Assembly (NCBI GenBank): GCA_015067705.1
Contig: SVLW01000001.1
Location: forward strand, 8,653 to 72,652
DNA: 64,000 nt
From: Oscillospiraceae bacterium
GTDB taxonomy: Bacteria; Bacillota; Clostridia; Oscillospirales; QAMX01
Direction of reading: 5' to 3'
This document shows, piece after piece, positions 9,101-16,748 of the stretch. The position numbers and the translations under genes are program-made. A model generated the notes under the pieces. The model was not told the DNA's origin. It saw nothing but the letters and a program-made list of their open reading frames with translations, and searched no databases. Position 1 is the stretch's first letter. Every line of letters starts with the position of its first letter.

Positions 9101-11200
9101 CGGGTGGAGACCGATGACAGCAGCTTCGAGCCCGGCGAGACCGTCAGCGGACGCGTCATAGTGACGGACAAAGACGGAACTCCGGTGCGCGCCGCATACG
9201 CCATGGGCGTGGTGGACGAAGCGGTGTTTGCCATATCGGAACAGGTGGTGGATCCCCTAAGTGCGCTTTATGCCACGCGCTTCTATCCCGCGCCGGTGCG
9301 CTATACTTCCTATGTGGATAAAGACCTGATGCTCGTCTATGCCGAGGGCGGCGGCGGGGACGGTTATGCCGAGGCCCGCGCCGACTTTGCCGACACGGCT
9401 GCCTTCCTCACCGGCACCACGAACGGGGACGGCACGGCAGAGTTCTCCTTCCCCCTCCCCGACAATCTCACTTCCTGGCGTCTGACTGCGGCGGCCGTCA
9501 CGGAGGACGGCGAGGCAGGCGCGGCAAAAGAACACATCTCCGTTTCCCTCCCCTTCTTCCTGCATCTGGTCATGAATGACACCCTTACGGCAGGCGACGA
9601 CGTATCCCTTTCCGCCCGGGTGTATGGCGCAGCGGATGGAACCGCGGTGCAGTACACGGTGTATCTGGGGAAAGAGGTCATTGCGAAGGCAGGCGGAGTC
9701 GCCGGAGAGCACTGCTTCCTGCATCTGGGGCAGCTGCCCACCGGCAGTCATGAAATCACGGTATCGGCAAAGGCGGGCGACCGGACAGACGGCATCCGCC
9801 GCACCATCACCGTACAGGAAAGCCGACACGAACTGATGCAGGCCCAGTCCGGCCTTTTGACGGACGGCGTTGATCTGGCGGCGGTGCGCTATCCCGTTAC
9901 GCTGCTGCTCTCCGATGCCGAACAAGCGGCGTCCATGGAGACGCTTACGACGCTTCTCTCCATGAACGGCCGACGACTGGATCAGACTCTTGCGGTCTAT
10001 ACGGCAAAGTCCCAGCTTCTGGCACTGGATCCTGAGAATCCCCTGTCGGAAGAGCTGCCCGATCTATCGGGATACCAGCACTATTCCGGCGGCATGAAGC
10101 TTTTCTCCTACGGCGATCCGGACGTGATGCTCACGTCTCTGTCTCTGCTCACGGCAGCAGAGCATCTGGACAGCGCTGCCGCCCGGGAGTATCTCTATCG
10201 GGTGCTTTACGACCGGGAATCCTCCCGCTATGAGGTGGCCGCGGCTTACTTAGGTCTTGCGGCGCTGCGGGAGCCGGTGCTGAGTGATCTGGCGGTGCTT
10301 CTGTCCGATCCGGGCTTTACGGCGGAGGAACAACTGATTCTGGCGGAGGCGCTGGCCATCCTGGGCGACCAGACAGGCGCCACGGCACTTTATGAGACGC
10401 TGGTGCTGCCGGGGCTGACCCGGACGGATACCTGGTGTTATATAGAGAATGGTAACCGGGAGGCACAGTATGCCGCCACCTCACACGCCGCCATTCTGGC
10501 GGTCCTGCTGGATCGGGAGGAGGCGGACGGCATGATCCGGTATCTCCAGGAAGAGGCCAGTCAGGAAACGCTGGCATCCTTCCCGCTGATCCTCCGGGCC
10601 AAGAGAGCGCCGATTGCGCCCTCGGATGCCGGGATCCAATATGTCTATAGCGGAGAAACAATCACCCGTTCCCTGCGGGAGACCCCGGTGATCGTGCTGG
10701 AATATGACGAAACGGCACTGAAATCCGCCAATTTCCGCATCACTTCCGGCGAGATCGCCTATACGGCGCTCTATATGGGCGGCATGGACACTCTGGCGGA
10801 TACCGCCGGTGAACGCATCCGCGCGGCCATTTCGGGCCCCGATACTGCGGCGGCGGGCGGCAATTCCGTGACGCTCACCACTACGGTGGAGTTTTCTGAG
10901 GATTGTCCGGGAGACAGCTATCTGCTGGACATCGTGCTGCCCTCCGGTACCCGTTATGCGGGATATGAATACCGGCACAACGCAGGATACACGCTCCTCG
11001 CACAGGAGGGCAGCCGACTGACCTTCCTGCTGCACCGCAGACCCGATGAGCGTTCCGGCACCGCCCGCAACAGCTTCTCCGTACCGGTATCGGTGCGGGC
11101 CGTATTGCCGGGCAGCTATATTCTGGAAGAACCGGTTGTCCGCGGCGTGGAGTCCGGCATCACTGCCATCGGACAGCGCCGGAATCTGACGATCTCATGA
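6155..11200 (+). CDS. Single-pass membrane protein: anti-sigma-like N-terminus fused to Ig-like (SbsA/Big_5-type) domains and a full alpha-2-macroglobulin-family ectodomain without a thioester
   Basis: It starts 19 nt after the sigma stop, preceded by GGAGGA.
- Residues 1-45 are cytoplasmic and helical, followed by a TM helix (WYLASAGMAAACILAVVLVW).
- Two Ig-like repeats are present (EINFSRIVSDGAAEHFTISPETPGAFRYYGKTLAFVPEEPLRADTVYTVTV).
- MG-domain hallmark YLDRAVYQPTDTVRFWG lies at nt ~7787-7840.
- An A2M_N_2-like stretch, FEPGETVSGRVIVTDKDGTPVRAAYAMGVVDEAVFAI, lies at nt ~9124-9240.
- A2M core DTAAFLTGTTNGDGTAEFSFPLPDNLTSWRLTAAAV lies at nt ~9390-9500.
- The C-terminal MG10-like motif is LLDIVLPSGTRYAGYE.
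- No CxEQ motif occurs anywhere. The expected position reads NGRRLDQT (nt ~9955-9993). Confidence 0.75.
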   Translation: MSKLDQLREIIEDHLRNVTMTESDRAAVRRRIAEQAVDKRKNPGYGWYLASAGMAAACILAVVLVWPSLPRAGEMAPDAESDRLVTESTGDGIGAAQERPMDSAAATTDGMSFDVLAAARTSGVVTPDTAFFIDVTGGTMAADELEARITMEPAVEFTVVPETETRYCLTPAEPLPNGEVVRLSIAKDDGSSLSWAFQTEASLQILSTLPGNEATSVSLDYGSMPAEDGTVPVETGIEINFSRIVSDGAAEHFTISPETPGAFRYYGKTLAFVPEEPLRADTVYTVTVGAGLTADSGEVLNDDYTFSFRTSEYYYSAGQYFTLANRVTESYLPGDPVSIGVTASEDLTTAQVKLWRVNSAEEYLSLAEEMIVGVHPTLGRLGDGRVETSGLPLLEEFDAEILRTETSYWYGGVSYVLLPELEVGWYLAELSAADHEGGVHTIQKLIQVHPLAIYYQSIGDETIVWVNDTTSGRTLSGVSVQLTADDVTEAVMTDASGLAKLHGCTDARGYARLEVKSDAGVYADLVETAAAVETDVAQDFRRFVYLDRAVYQPTDTVRFWGILQPIRGAALPERLDVMLSGSGEPVKVGTVEVAADGSFTGSVSFENRISGYTVLSFWQDGVYYAGAQYEVMAYQKPAYLLEAAFDQPYYRRNEEMTVHVSASFYDGTPAAGLGVSVSADTGYSLTMDENGQGETTIEPRIYQDDWRPTSQHITAMNTGSENVYVSAYDAAYYFPSDYMLTAEAVEPGALQVELLANAIDFTKVPDYLDGGLMDQDMLRGDAAVIHGTAELWGCWYEKVETGREYDPINKVSVPTYDYILHEDLLSEEQFTTDNGRSLTGGYQPQADDPYTYYRMELRYDTPDGQNFSTELALTTHFYPGNYYSGYHLVEQHIDRRDLGLGETARLQLYSTDAVSDGQLLVIPTTDRMLGYSFAEPEDVSVTFTAEMIPNVSLFCAYFDGRHIYAVQEYRLFYDRTERELAVRVETDDSSFEPGETVSGRVIVTDKDGTPVRAAYAMGVVDEAVFAISEQVVDPLSALYATRFYPAPVRYTSYVDKDLMLVYAEGGGGDGYAEARADFADTAAFLTGTTNGDGTAEFSFPLPDNLTSWRLTAAAVTEDGEAGAAKEHISVSLPFFLHLVMNDTLTAGDDVSLSARVYGAADGTAVQYTVYLGKEVIAKAGGVAGEHCFLHLGQLPTGSHEITVSAKAGDRTDGIRRTITVQESRHELMQAQSGLLTDGVDLAAVRYPVTLLLSDAEQAASMETLTTLLSMNGRRLDQTLAVYTAKSQLLALDPENPLSEELPDLSGYQHYSGGMKLFSYGDPDVMLTSLSLLTAAEHLDSAAAREYLYRVLYDRESSRYEVAAAYLGLAALREPVLSDLAVLLSDPGFTAEEQLILAEALAILGDQTGATALYETLVLPGLTRTDTWCYIENGNREAQYAATSHAAILAVLLDREEADGMIRYLQEEASQETLASFPLILRAKRAPIAPSDAGIQYVYSGETITRSLRETPVIVLEYDETALKSANFRITSGEIAYTALYMGGMDTLADTAGERIRAAISGPDTAAAGGNSVTLTTTVEFSEDCPGDSYLLDIVLPSGTRYAGYEYRHNAGYTLLAQEGSRLTFLLHRRPDERSGTARNSFSVPVSVRAVLPGSYILEEPVVRGVESGITAIGQRRNLTIS

Positions 11201-12159
11201 AACGGCGTCTGATGATCTGGGGCGCGGCATGGATGCTGCTCTTCTCCGCCTGCGCCCCCGCCGAAGTACCCACACCGGAGGCGCCGCCTGTGGAAGCGGT
11301 GGCGGAGAATCCTCCGGCGACAGAACCAGACGGAACGGAGATCCCCTGCGTACACACGGACTTTCCTCTGGTGGCGCGGCAGCTTTCTGCCGCATCCGCG
11401 CCGGTTTTGTCCGGCACGCTCTGCGGCGCGATCCTGCCGCACTATGCGCCCGCCATGCAGATGGGCGCGGATCTCCTGGCGGCACGGGAGACCCCGCCAG
11501 ATACCATCGTGATTCTGGCACCCAACCATGCCGGGGATGGCGCGCCTGTCCAGATCTGCGGCGCGTCCTATGTATGGGACGGCGGCGGCATGGCGGGTGA
11601 TCCTGCCCTTGCTGCAGCACTGGCGGAGGCGCTGTCGCTGTCGCCGGACGACCGGGCCGCAGGAGAGGACTGGTCGGCATCGCTCCACGTGCCGTATCTC
11701 TCCGCCTATTTCCCGGAGGCGCAGATCGTCACGATCCTGCTGTCCCGGGGCGCCGATGCCGCGGCACTGCAGACGCTGGGCGAAAGCCTTGCAGCGCTTG
11801 CGGCGGCGCGGGAGCTTTTCGTTCTGAGTTCCGTAGATTTCTCCCATGAACAGACACCCGACACCGCCGCCCGCTGTGACCGGGAGACCCAGCGGCTCCT
11901 TCTGGACGGCGAGCCCAGCGCCCTGCTGCCCCTGGGGAATGACTATCTGGACTCTCCGGAGAGTGCGGCGGTGCTGATGTACTATGCCGATGCCTGTGGG
12001 TTGACGCTGATGCTGCAGGATTCTCACATCGAGCATTTTATTGAGGACGGCAGGCAGAAAACCGGCAGTTATTATGCCTATGCGCTTATAAAAGCCGACG
12101 GCGATGTTCCCGCCGACGGGGCCGGGCAGGCGGCGGACGATCAAAGCGCACCAGAATGA
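11197..12159 (+). CDS. Lipoprotein with a Memo / AmmeMemoRadiSam-protein-B-like (class III extradiol dioxygenase fold) domain
   Basis: Signal peptide with lipobox MKRRLMIWGAAWMLLFSAC. The stretches GAILPHYAPA, IVILAPNHAGDG, LHVPYLSAYFP and SSVDFSHEQ parallel the Memo motifs PHAGY, GPNH, EHS..QLPFL and SSDLSHY. The ATG overlaps the upstream stop (ATGA at 11197-11200). Confidence 0.55.
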   Translation: MKRRLMIWGAAWMLLFSACAPAEVPTPEAPPVEAVAENPPATEPDGTEIPCVHTDFPLVARQLSAASAPVLSGTLCGAILPHYAPAMQMGADLLAARETPPDTIVILAPNHAGDGAPVQICGASYVWDGGGMAGDPALAAALAEALSLSPDDRAAGEDWSASLHVPYLSAYFPEAQIVTILLSRGADAAALQTLGESLAALAAARELFVLSSVDFSHEQTPDTAARCDRETQRLLLDGEPSALLPLGNDYLDSPESAAVLMYYADACGLTLMLQDSHIEHFIEDGRQKTGSYYAYALIKADGDVPADGAGQAADDQSAPE

Positions 12160-12376
12160 TATCGTCCCCGATCTTCTCGATCTGGCACCAGGGCACCACG
12201 TATTCCTCTCCCTTGGAAAAGAGACAGGACAGCCGCCAGGGCCCCGGCACCACGATGGCCACCAGTCGTCCGGTGTGGATATCCAGCTCTACATCCCCCA
12301 CATATCCCATGCGGCATCCGTCGCATACGTTCACGACTTCCCTGCACTGTAATTCTGCAATTCTGATCGGTGTCAT
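12086..12376 (-). CDS. ylmC: YlmC/YmxH-family sporulation protein (PRC-barrel)
   Basis: MTPIRIAELQCREVVNVCDGCRMGYVGDVELDIHTGRLVAIVVPG...VVPWCQIEKIGDDIILV matches the YlmC/YmxH pattern. ATG 12376 is preceded by AGAGGGGGA. The longer track ORF has no RBS. Confidence 0.8.
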   Translation of the reverse strand: MTPIRIAELQCREVVNVCDGCRMGYVGDVELDIHTGRLVAIVVPGPWRLSCLFSKGEEYVVPWCQIEKIGDDIILVRFDRPPPARPRRREHRRRLL

Positions 12377-12492
12377 ACAGATCCCCCTCTTTGTGCTTGT
12401 ACCGTATGTATATGCCAAAGGGCGGGGATTTTTTCTTGCCTGTCCTGAAATGGCGGCAAAAATGCCCCGTCCCAAAAGGGACGGGGCACAGG

Positions 12493-13326
12493 TCACGAGG
12501 CGCTTTCCGCTGTCAGCCAGGGATTATTGGGATTGGGATCCGTGGGATCCCAGGTACGGTTGGGGCTCTCGGGGTCGATATAGATGGGTTCCGGCTTTCC
12601 CAGAGGGCCGGGATCCTCGGATTCATAGAGGATCACCGTCGTTCCAAGGGCGCAGTAGTCATAGATCCACTTGGCGTCCGCCGCGGACAGGCGGATACAG
12701 CCCGCGGATACCGTGAGACCCAGTTTGTTATATTCCTCATAGAGCAGACTGTCGCCGCTCTTTTTCCGATACGGAACAGAATGGAACAGGATATGATCGA
12801 CGATCCGCGTGGCATACTGGCCATAGGTGCCGCCGAATAAGGGCCGCCACTCATCCCGGTTGATGGTACGATACTCCCCGAGAGGCGTTTTCTTCCCCAC
12901 GGAGCAGACCATGGCGCGCACCGGCACGGTATACGCCCCGGCCTCATCCCGCTCGTACACCGTCACGGTGTTTTTCAGGGCATTGACATGGATCTGACAG
13001 GCCTCGGGATCGTCGGCCAGGGATTCCCAATGGGCGAGGAGTTCCTCCTCGGTGGGCGGTTCCGGCGCGGGTTCCTCTTCCGGTTCCTGTGCTTCTGCGG
13101 ACGTGGACTCCGGCGCAGACGCCGGGGGCGTATAGGCTTCATCCCCCGGCGCCGTGGCGCCGGCAATGGGGGCATCCTCCGCGGTCAGGGACAGGGCGGC
13201 CACGGGATCCACCGCAATGTGCTCCACTTCTTTCCGGGAACTCTCCGGACGGGCAATCAGAAGCACCAGCGCCAGAAGCACCGCAAGTCCCAGAAGATGT
13301 AAACACCGAATGGTACGCTCGTACAT
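12493..13326 (-). CDS. L,D-transpeptidase (YkuD domain), membrane anchored
   Basis: N-terminal TM helix, a Pro/Glu-rich linker, and a catalytic region HILFHSVPY...LGLTVSAGCIRL (H...SxGC[IV]R motif). ATG 13326 follows AAGGAGGG. Confidence 0.85.
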   Translation of the reverse strand: MYERTIRCLHLLGLAVLLALVLLIARPESSRKEVEHIAVDPVAALSLTAEDAPIAGATAPGDEAYTPPASAPESTSAEAQEPEEEPAPEPPTEEELLAHWESLADDPEACQIHVNALKNTVTVYERDEAGAYTVPVRAMVCSVGKKTPLGEYRTINRDEWRPLFGGTYGQYATRIVDHILFHSVPYRKKSGDSLLYEEYNKLGLTVSAGCIRLSAADAKWIYDYCALGTTVILYESEDPGPLGKPEPIYIDPESPNRTWDPTDPNPNNPWLTAESAS

Positions 13327-13484
13327 CGATTGTCCCTCCTTTCCCATAATGCCTATTCAGTATAGCATAAAACCCCGCAAAGAGAAACAGAAAAACTGTG
13401 AATTCTACGCGTGCCTGCCCGCTTGGAAAAGCGGCGGAAATATGATATGATGGAGAAAAGAATCGGAAAGGATCCCTGAAAGAA

Positions 13485-15521
13485 ATGGCAAGATCAGAAA
13501 TTCTCGCGCCGGTGGGAGGCCGCGAACAACTGTTGGCGGCGGTGCGCTGTGGCGCGGACGCGGTGTATCTGGGTGCCCGGGGCTTTAACGCCCGGCGCAA
13601 TGCGGAAAACTTTGACGAATACTCTCTTGCGGAGGCGGTGGCCTTCTGCCATGGCCGGGGCGTGCGGGTGCATGTCACGGTGAATACGCTGGTCATGGAC
13701 GACGAGATGGACGCCCTGGAGGAGACCGTCCGGCAGGTGGCGGACAGCGGCGCGGACGCCGTGATCATCCAGGATCCGGCGGTGATGCGCCTCTTCCGGG
13801 ATCGCTGCCCCACCATCCAGCGCCATGCCTCCACCCAGATGGCAGTGCACAATATTGACGGCGCCAAACTCATGCAGGAGCTGGGTTTTCATCGCGTTGT
13901 GCTGGCCCGTGAGCTGAGTCTCCGGGAGATCGAGGCCATCAATCGTGCGGTGGATATTGAGACCGAAGTATTTGTCCACGGCGCACACTGCATGAGCGTA
14001 TCCGGGGCCTGTTATCTTTCCGCCATGCTGGGCGGCAGAAGCGGCAACCGGGGCCTGTGCGCCCAGCCCTGTCGTCTGGATTTCCGCCAGAACGGCAGAG
14101 AATATGCCCTGTCCTTAAAAGATCTCTCCTTCATCACCCATATGCAGGAGATCATGAATGCCGGTACGTATTCCTTTAAGATCGAGGGACGCATGAAGCG
14201 GCCGGAATATGTGGCGGCGGCGGTGACGGCCTGCCGGGATGCTCTGGAGGGTCGGGAACCGGATCTTGACCGGCTGCAGGCGGTTTTTTCCCGCAGCGGC
14301 TTTACCGACGAATATCTCACCGGGAAACGCAGCGCCCATATGTTCGGCTATCGCCGTCATGAGGACGTGACGGCGGCAAATTCTGTCTTTGGCGAGCTTG
14401 CCGGGCTTTACCGCGCCGAGCGGCAGAGCGTTCCGGTAGATCTGCGGCTGACTATGACGGCGGAATCCTCCCGCCTGACGGCCACGGACGGCGTCCATAC
14501 TGTGGCAGTCACGGGTGACGTGCCGCAGCCCGCCCGTACCCGCGCCACAGACAAGGACGCCGCCCTCAAAAATCTGGGCAAAACCGGCGGTACGCCCTTT
14601 GCCCTGCGGATGTTCTCCGCAGAGATCGGAGAGGGACTGATGCTGCCTGCCTCCGCGCTGAATGCTCTGCGGCGAGATGCACTGGCGGCGCTGCTGGCGG
14701 CCCGGGAGACCATCGTGCCGCATGAGCTGGCGTCCCGCGGGGAGAGCGCTTTCCCCGCACACAAGGCTGTCGCCGAACCCGCGCTCCGCGCCCGGTTTGA
14801 GACCGCGGCGCAACTGCCGGAGGATCCTGCGGTTTATGATAAGATCATTCTTCCGATCGAAGAACTGGAGCGCAGTCCCGTGCTGATCGCGCAGTTGGGC
14901 GACCGGCTCATCGGCGAATTGCCGGCGCTGCTCTTCCCCACCCGGGAGGCCGCCATGCGGGAGACTCTGCAGACCCTAAAGGCACAGGGACTCACCGCCG
15001 TACAGACCGAGAATGCCTATGGCCTGCACCTGGGCCGGGAGCTGGGTCTTCGGGTGCACGGCGGATTCGGGCTCAACATCTTAAATTCTGCCGCGCTTTC
15101 TGAATATGAATCGCTGGGGCTTCAGGACGCTACGATTTCCTTCGAGCTTGCCGTGCAGAAGATCCGCCGCCTGGGCGGCGGGCTGCCCCGGGGCATTCTG
15201 GCCTATGGCCATCTGCCGCTGATGCGGCTGCGTGCCTGTCCGGCCAAGGCGGGATGCAAGACCTGTAACGGCCGTCCCACCCTGCGGGACCGCATGGACG
15301 TGGAGTTCCCGCTCCTCTGCCACGACAAACAGTACACCACCATGCTCAACTCCGTGCCGCTCTATATCGGCGACAAGGACTATCGGGGTGTGGACTTCGT
15401 GACGCTTTACTTCACCAAGGAATCTGCCGCGGAATGTGCGGCGCGCACGGCGCTCTTCCGCCGCGGCGCAGAACCAAACTTCCAGAGAACCAACGGCCTT
15501 TATTTCCGCACCTTACAGTAA
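13485..15521 (+). CDS. U32-family peptidase (collagenase-like) with a C-terminal extension
   Basis: EILAPVGGREQLLAAVRCGADAVYLG, VHVTVNTLVMDDE, DAVIIQDP, ARELSLREI, FVHGAHCMSVSGACYLS and FKIEGRMKRPEYV are classic U32 blocks. Confidence 0.85.
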   Translation: MARSEILAPVGGREQLLAAVRCGADAVYLGARGFNARRNAENFDEYSLAEAVAFCHGRGVRVHVTVNTLVMDDEMDALEETVRQVADSGADAVIIQDPAVMRLFRDRCPTIQRHASTQMAVHNIDGAKLMQELGFHRVVLARELSLREIEAINRAVDIETEVFVHGAHCMSVSGACYLSAMLGGRSGNRGLCAQPCRLDFRQNGREYALSLKDLSFITHMQEIMNAGTYSFKIEGRMKRPEYVAAAVTACRDALEGREPDLDRLQAVFSRSGFTDEYLTGKRSAHMFGYRRHEDVTAANSVFGELAGLYRAERQSVPVDLRLTMTAESSRLTATDGVHTVAVTGDVPQPARTRATDKDAALKNLGKTGGTPFALRMFSAEIGEGLMLPASALNALRRDALAALLAARETIVPHELASRGESAFPAHKAVAEPALRARFETAAQLPEDPAVYDKIILPIEELERSPVLIAQLGDRLIGELPALLFPTREAAMRETLQTLKAQGLTAVQTENAYGLHLGRELGLRVHGGFGLNILNSAALSEYESLGLQDATISFELAVQKIRRLGGGLPRGILAYGHLPLMRLRACPAKAGCKTCNGRPTLRDRMDVEFPLLCHDKQYTTMLNSVPLYIGDKDYRGVDFVTLYFTKESAAECAARTALFRRGAEPNFQRTNGLYFRTLQ

Positions 15522-15533
15522 GGAGGCGTATCT

Positions 15534-15830
15534 ATGAAACGGCTTTATTCGGTGAGTATCTGTCGGGAGGGCGTCCTCGGCGGCAGTCTGCGGATCGAGG
15601 ATCACGGCCTTCGTTACCGCACCAACAAGCTGACGGTGTCCCCCATGCTGCGGGATTTATTCCTGGCCTTTTCCGACATCCGGGAAATCCGGCCCCGCTG
15701 GTGGCTGATCTTTCCGCTAATCACCGTGGAGATGCGGGACGGGGAGCGGTATTCTTTCATCCTTTTTGGGCAGCGAGCTTTCTTCCGGGCACTTTCCGAG
15801 CTGGGCCAGCCCAGCCCGAACTTTCCTTGA
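15534..15830 (+). CDS. Small hypothetical protein (possibly with a bacterial PH/GRAM-like fold)
   Basis: AAGGAGG lies 7 nt upstream and the gene starts 12 nt after the U32 stop. I recognise no catalytic motif. Confidence 0.45.
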   Translation: MKRLYSVSICREGVLGGSLRIEDHGLRYRTNKLTVSPMLRDLFLAFSDIREIRPRWWLIFPLITVEMRDGERYSFILFGQRAFFRALSELGQPSPNFP

Positions 15831-15886
15831 CAGACCGCGGGAATCGCGATAAGATAACGGTATTCACACAATACGAGGTAATGACT

Positions 15887-16702
15887 ATGCATATTTCCAT
15901 CGCAGGTAAACTGGGCAGCGGCAAGAGCACCATTTGCAAGGCGCTGCAGCAGGATCACGGCTTCGAGATTTATTCCACCGGCGCAGTGCAGCGCGAGGTG
16001 GCCAAGGAAATGGGCATCAGCACCCTGGAGCTGAACCAGCGCATGATGTCCGATCCGGCGCTTGACCACGTCATCGACGACGCGGTTGCCAAGATCTCCC
16101 GGGAGCGCCCGGACGATCCCATCCTCTTCGACTCCCGCATGGCCTGGCACTTTGCGGAGCGCACCTTCAAGATCTTCGTGGTGATCGATCCCCTGATCGC
16201 CGCCCAGCGCGTCATGGCCAATCCCCGCGGCAGTGAGGAGACCTATCAGGATGTATATGAGGCCAGAGACAAGCTTTTAGAGCGCGGCCGGGTGGAGAAT
16301 GCCCGTTTCCGCGAGATCTATCAGGTGGATAACTTCGATTACCGCAATTATGACCTGATTCTCGACACCTCCTACGCCACCCCCGCAGAGGTGTGCGATA
16401 CCCTGTGGGCCGCCTATGAGGCCTATCAGGAGGCCCCCTGGGACGGTCCCCGCATGATGCTCTGCCCCCGTTCTCTCTATCCCACTCTACCCCTTGCAGA
16501 GGCCGACGGGAATGAGACCGTGGGCATCACCGCCCGTGACGGCCGCCATCTCATCGTGCATGGCCACAAGGCCGTGGGCGAAGCGCTTCGCCGCGGAGAC
16601 GTGTATCTCCGCGCAGAGCTGGCCGAGGGAGACGTCGCACGAGTCTCTGACGCAGAGCTGGCCGCCTATGAGGCGGCATACGGGATCCATTACGCCAAGT
16701 AA
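15887..16702 (+). CDS. Cytidylate-kinase-like P-loop protein with a C-terminal extension of about 90 aa
   Basis: MHISIAGKLGSGKSTICKAL (Walker A), FDSRMAWHF and DLILDTS are typical of the Cytidylate_kin2-type family. ATG 15887 has GAGGT 7 nt upstream. The long N-terminal extension in the track (15434) overlaps two other genes and is rejected. Confidence 0.65.
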   Translation: MHISIAGKLGSGKSTICKALQQDHGFEIYSTGAVQREVAKEMGISTLELNQRMMSDPALDHVIDDAVAKISRERPDDPILFDSRMAWHFAERTFKIFVVIDPLIAAQRVMANPRGSEETYQDVYEARDKLLERGRVENARFREIYQVDNFDYRNYDLILDTSYATPAEVCDTLWAAYEAYQEAPWDGPRMMLCPRSLYPTLPLAEADGNETVGITARDGRHLIVHGHKAVGEALRRGDVYLRAELAEGDVARVSDAELAAYEAAYGIHYAK

Positions 16703-16704
16703 AG

Positions 16705-16748
16705 CAAAAAAGCACCCCGGTTGGAAGAATTCCAACCGGGGTTTCTTA
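16705..16748. terminator. Bidirectional terminator between convergent genes
   Basis: AAAAAAGCACCCCGGTTGG-aagaatt-CCAACCGGGGTTTCTT, with A and T tracts on both sides. Confidence 0.8.

Noticed and set aside
15434-15886. The 150-aa N-terminal extension of the kinase-like ORF.
   Set aside because: It overlaps the U32 3' end and the whole 15534-15830 gene in another frame. Its composition is Arg/Pro-rich. The P-loop protein starts cleanly at 15887 behind an RBS.
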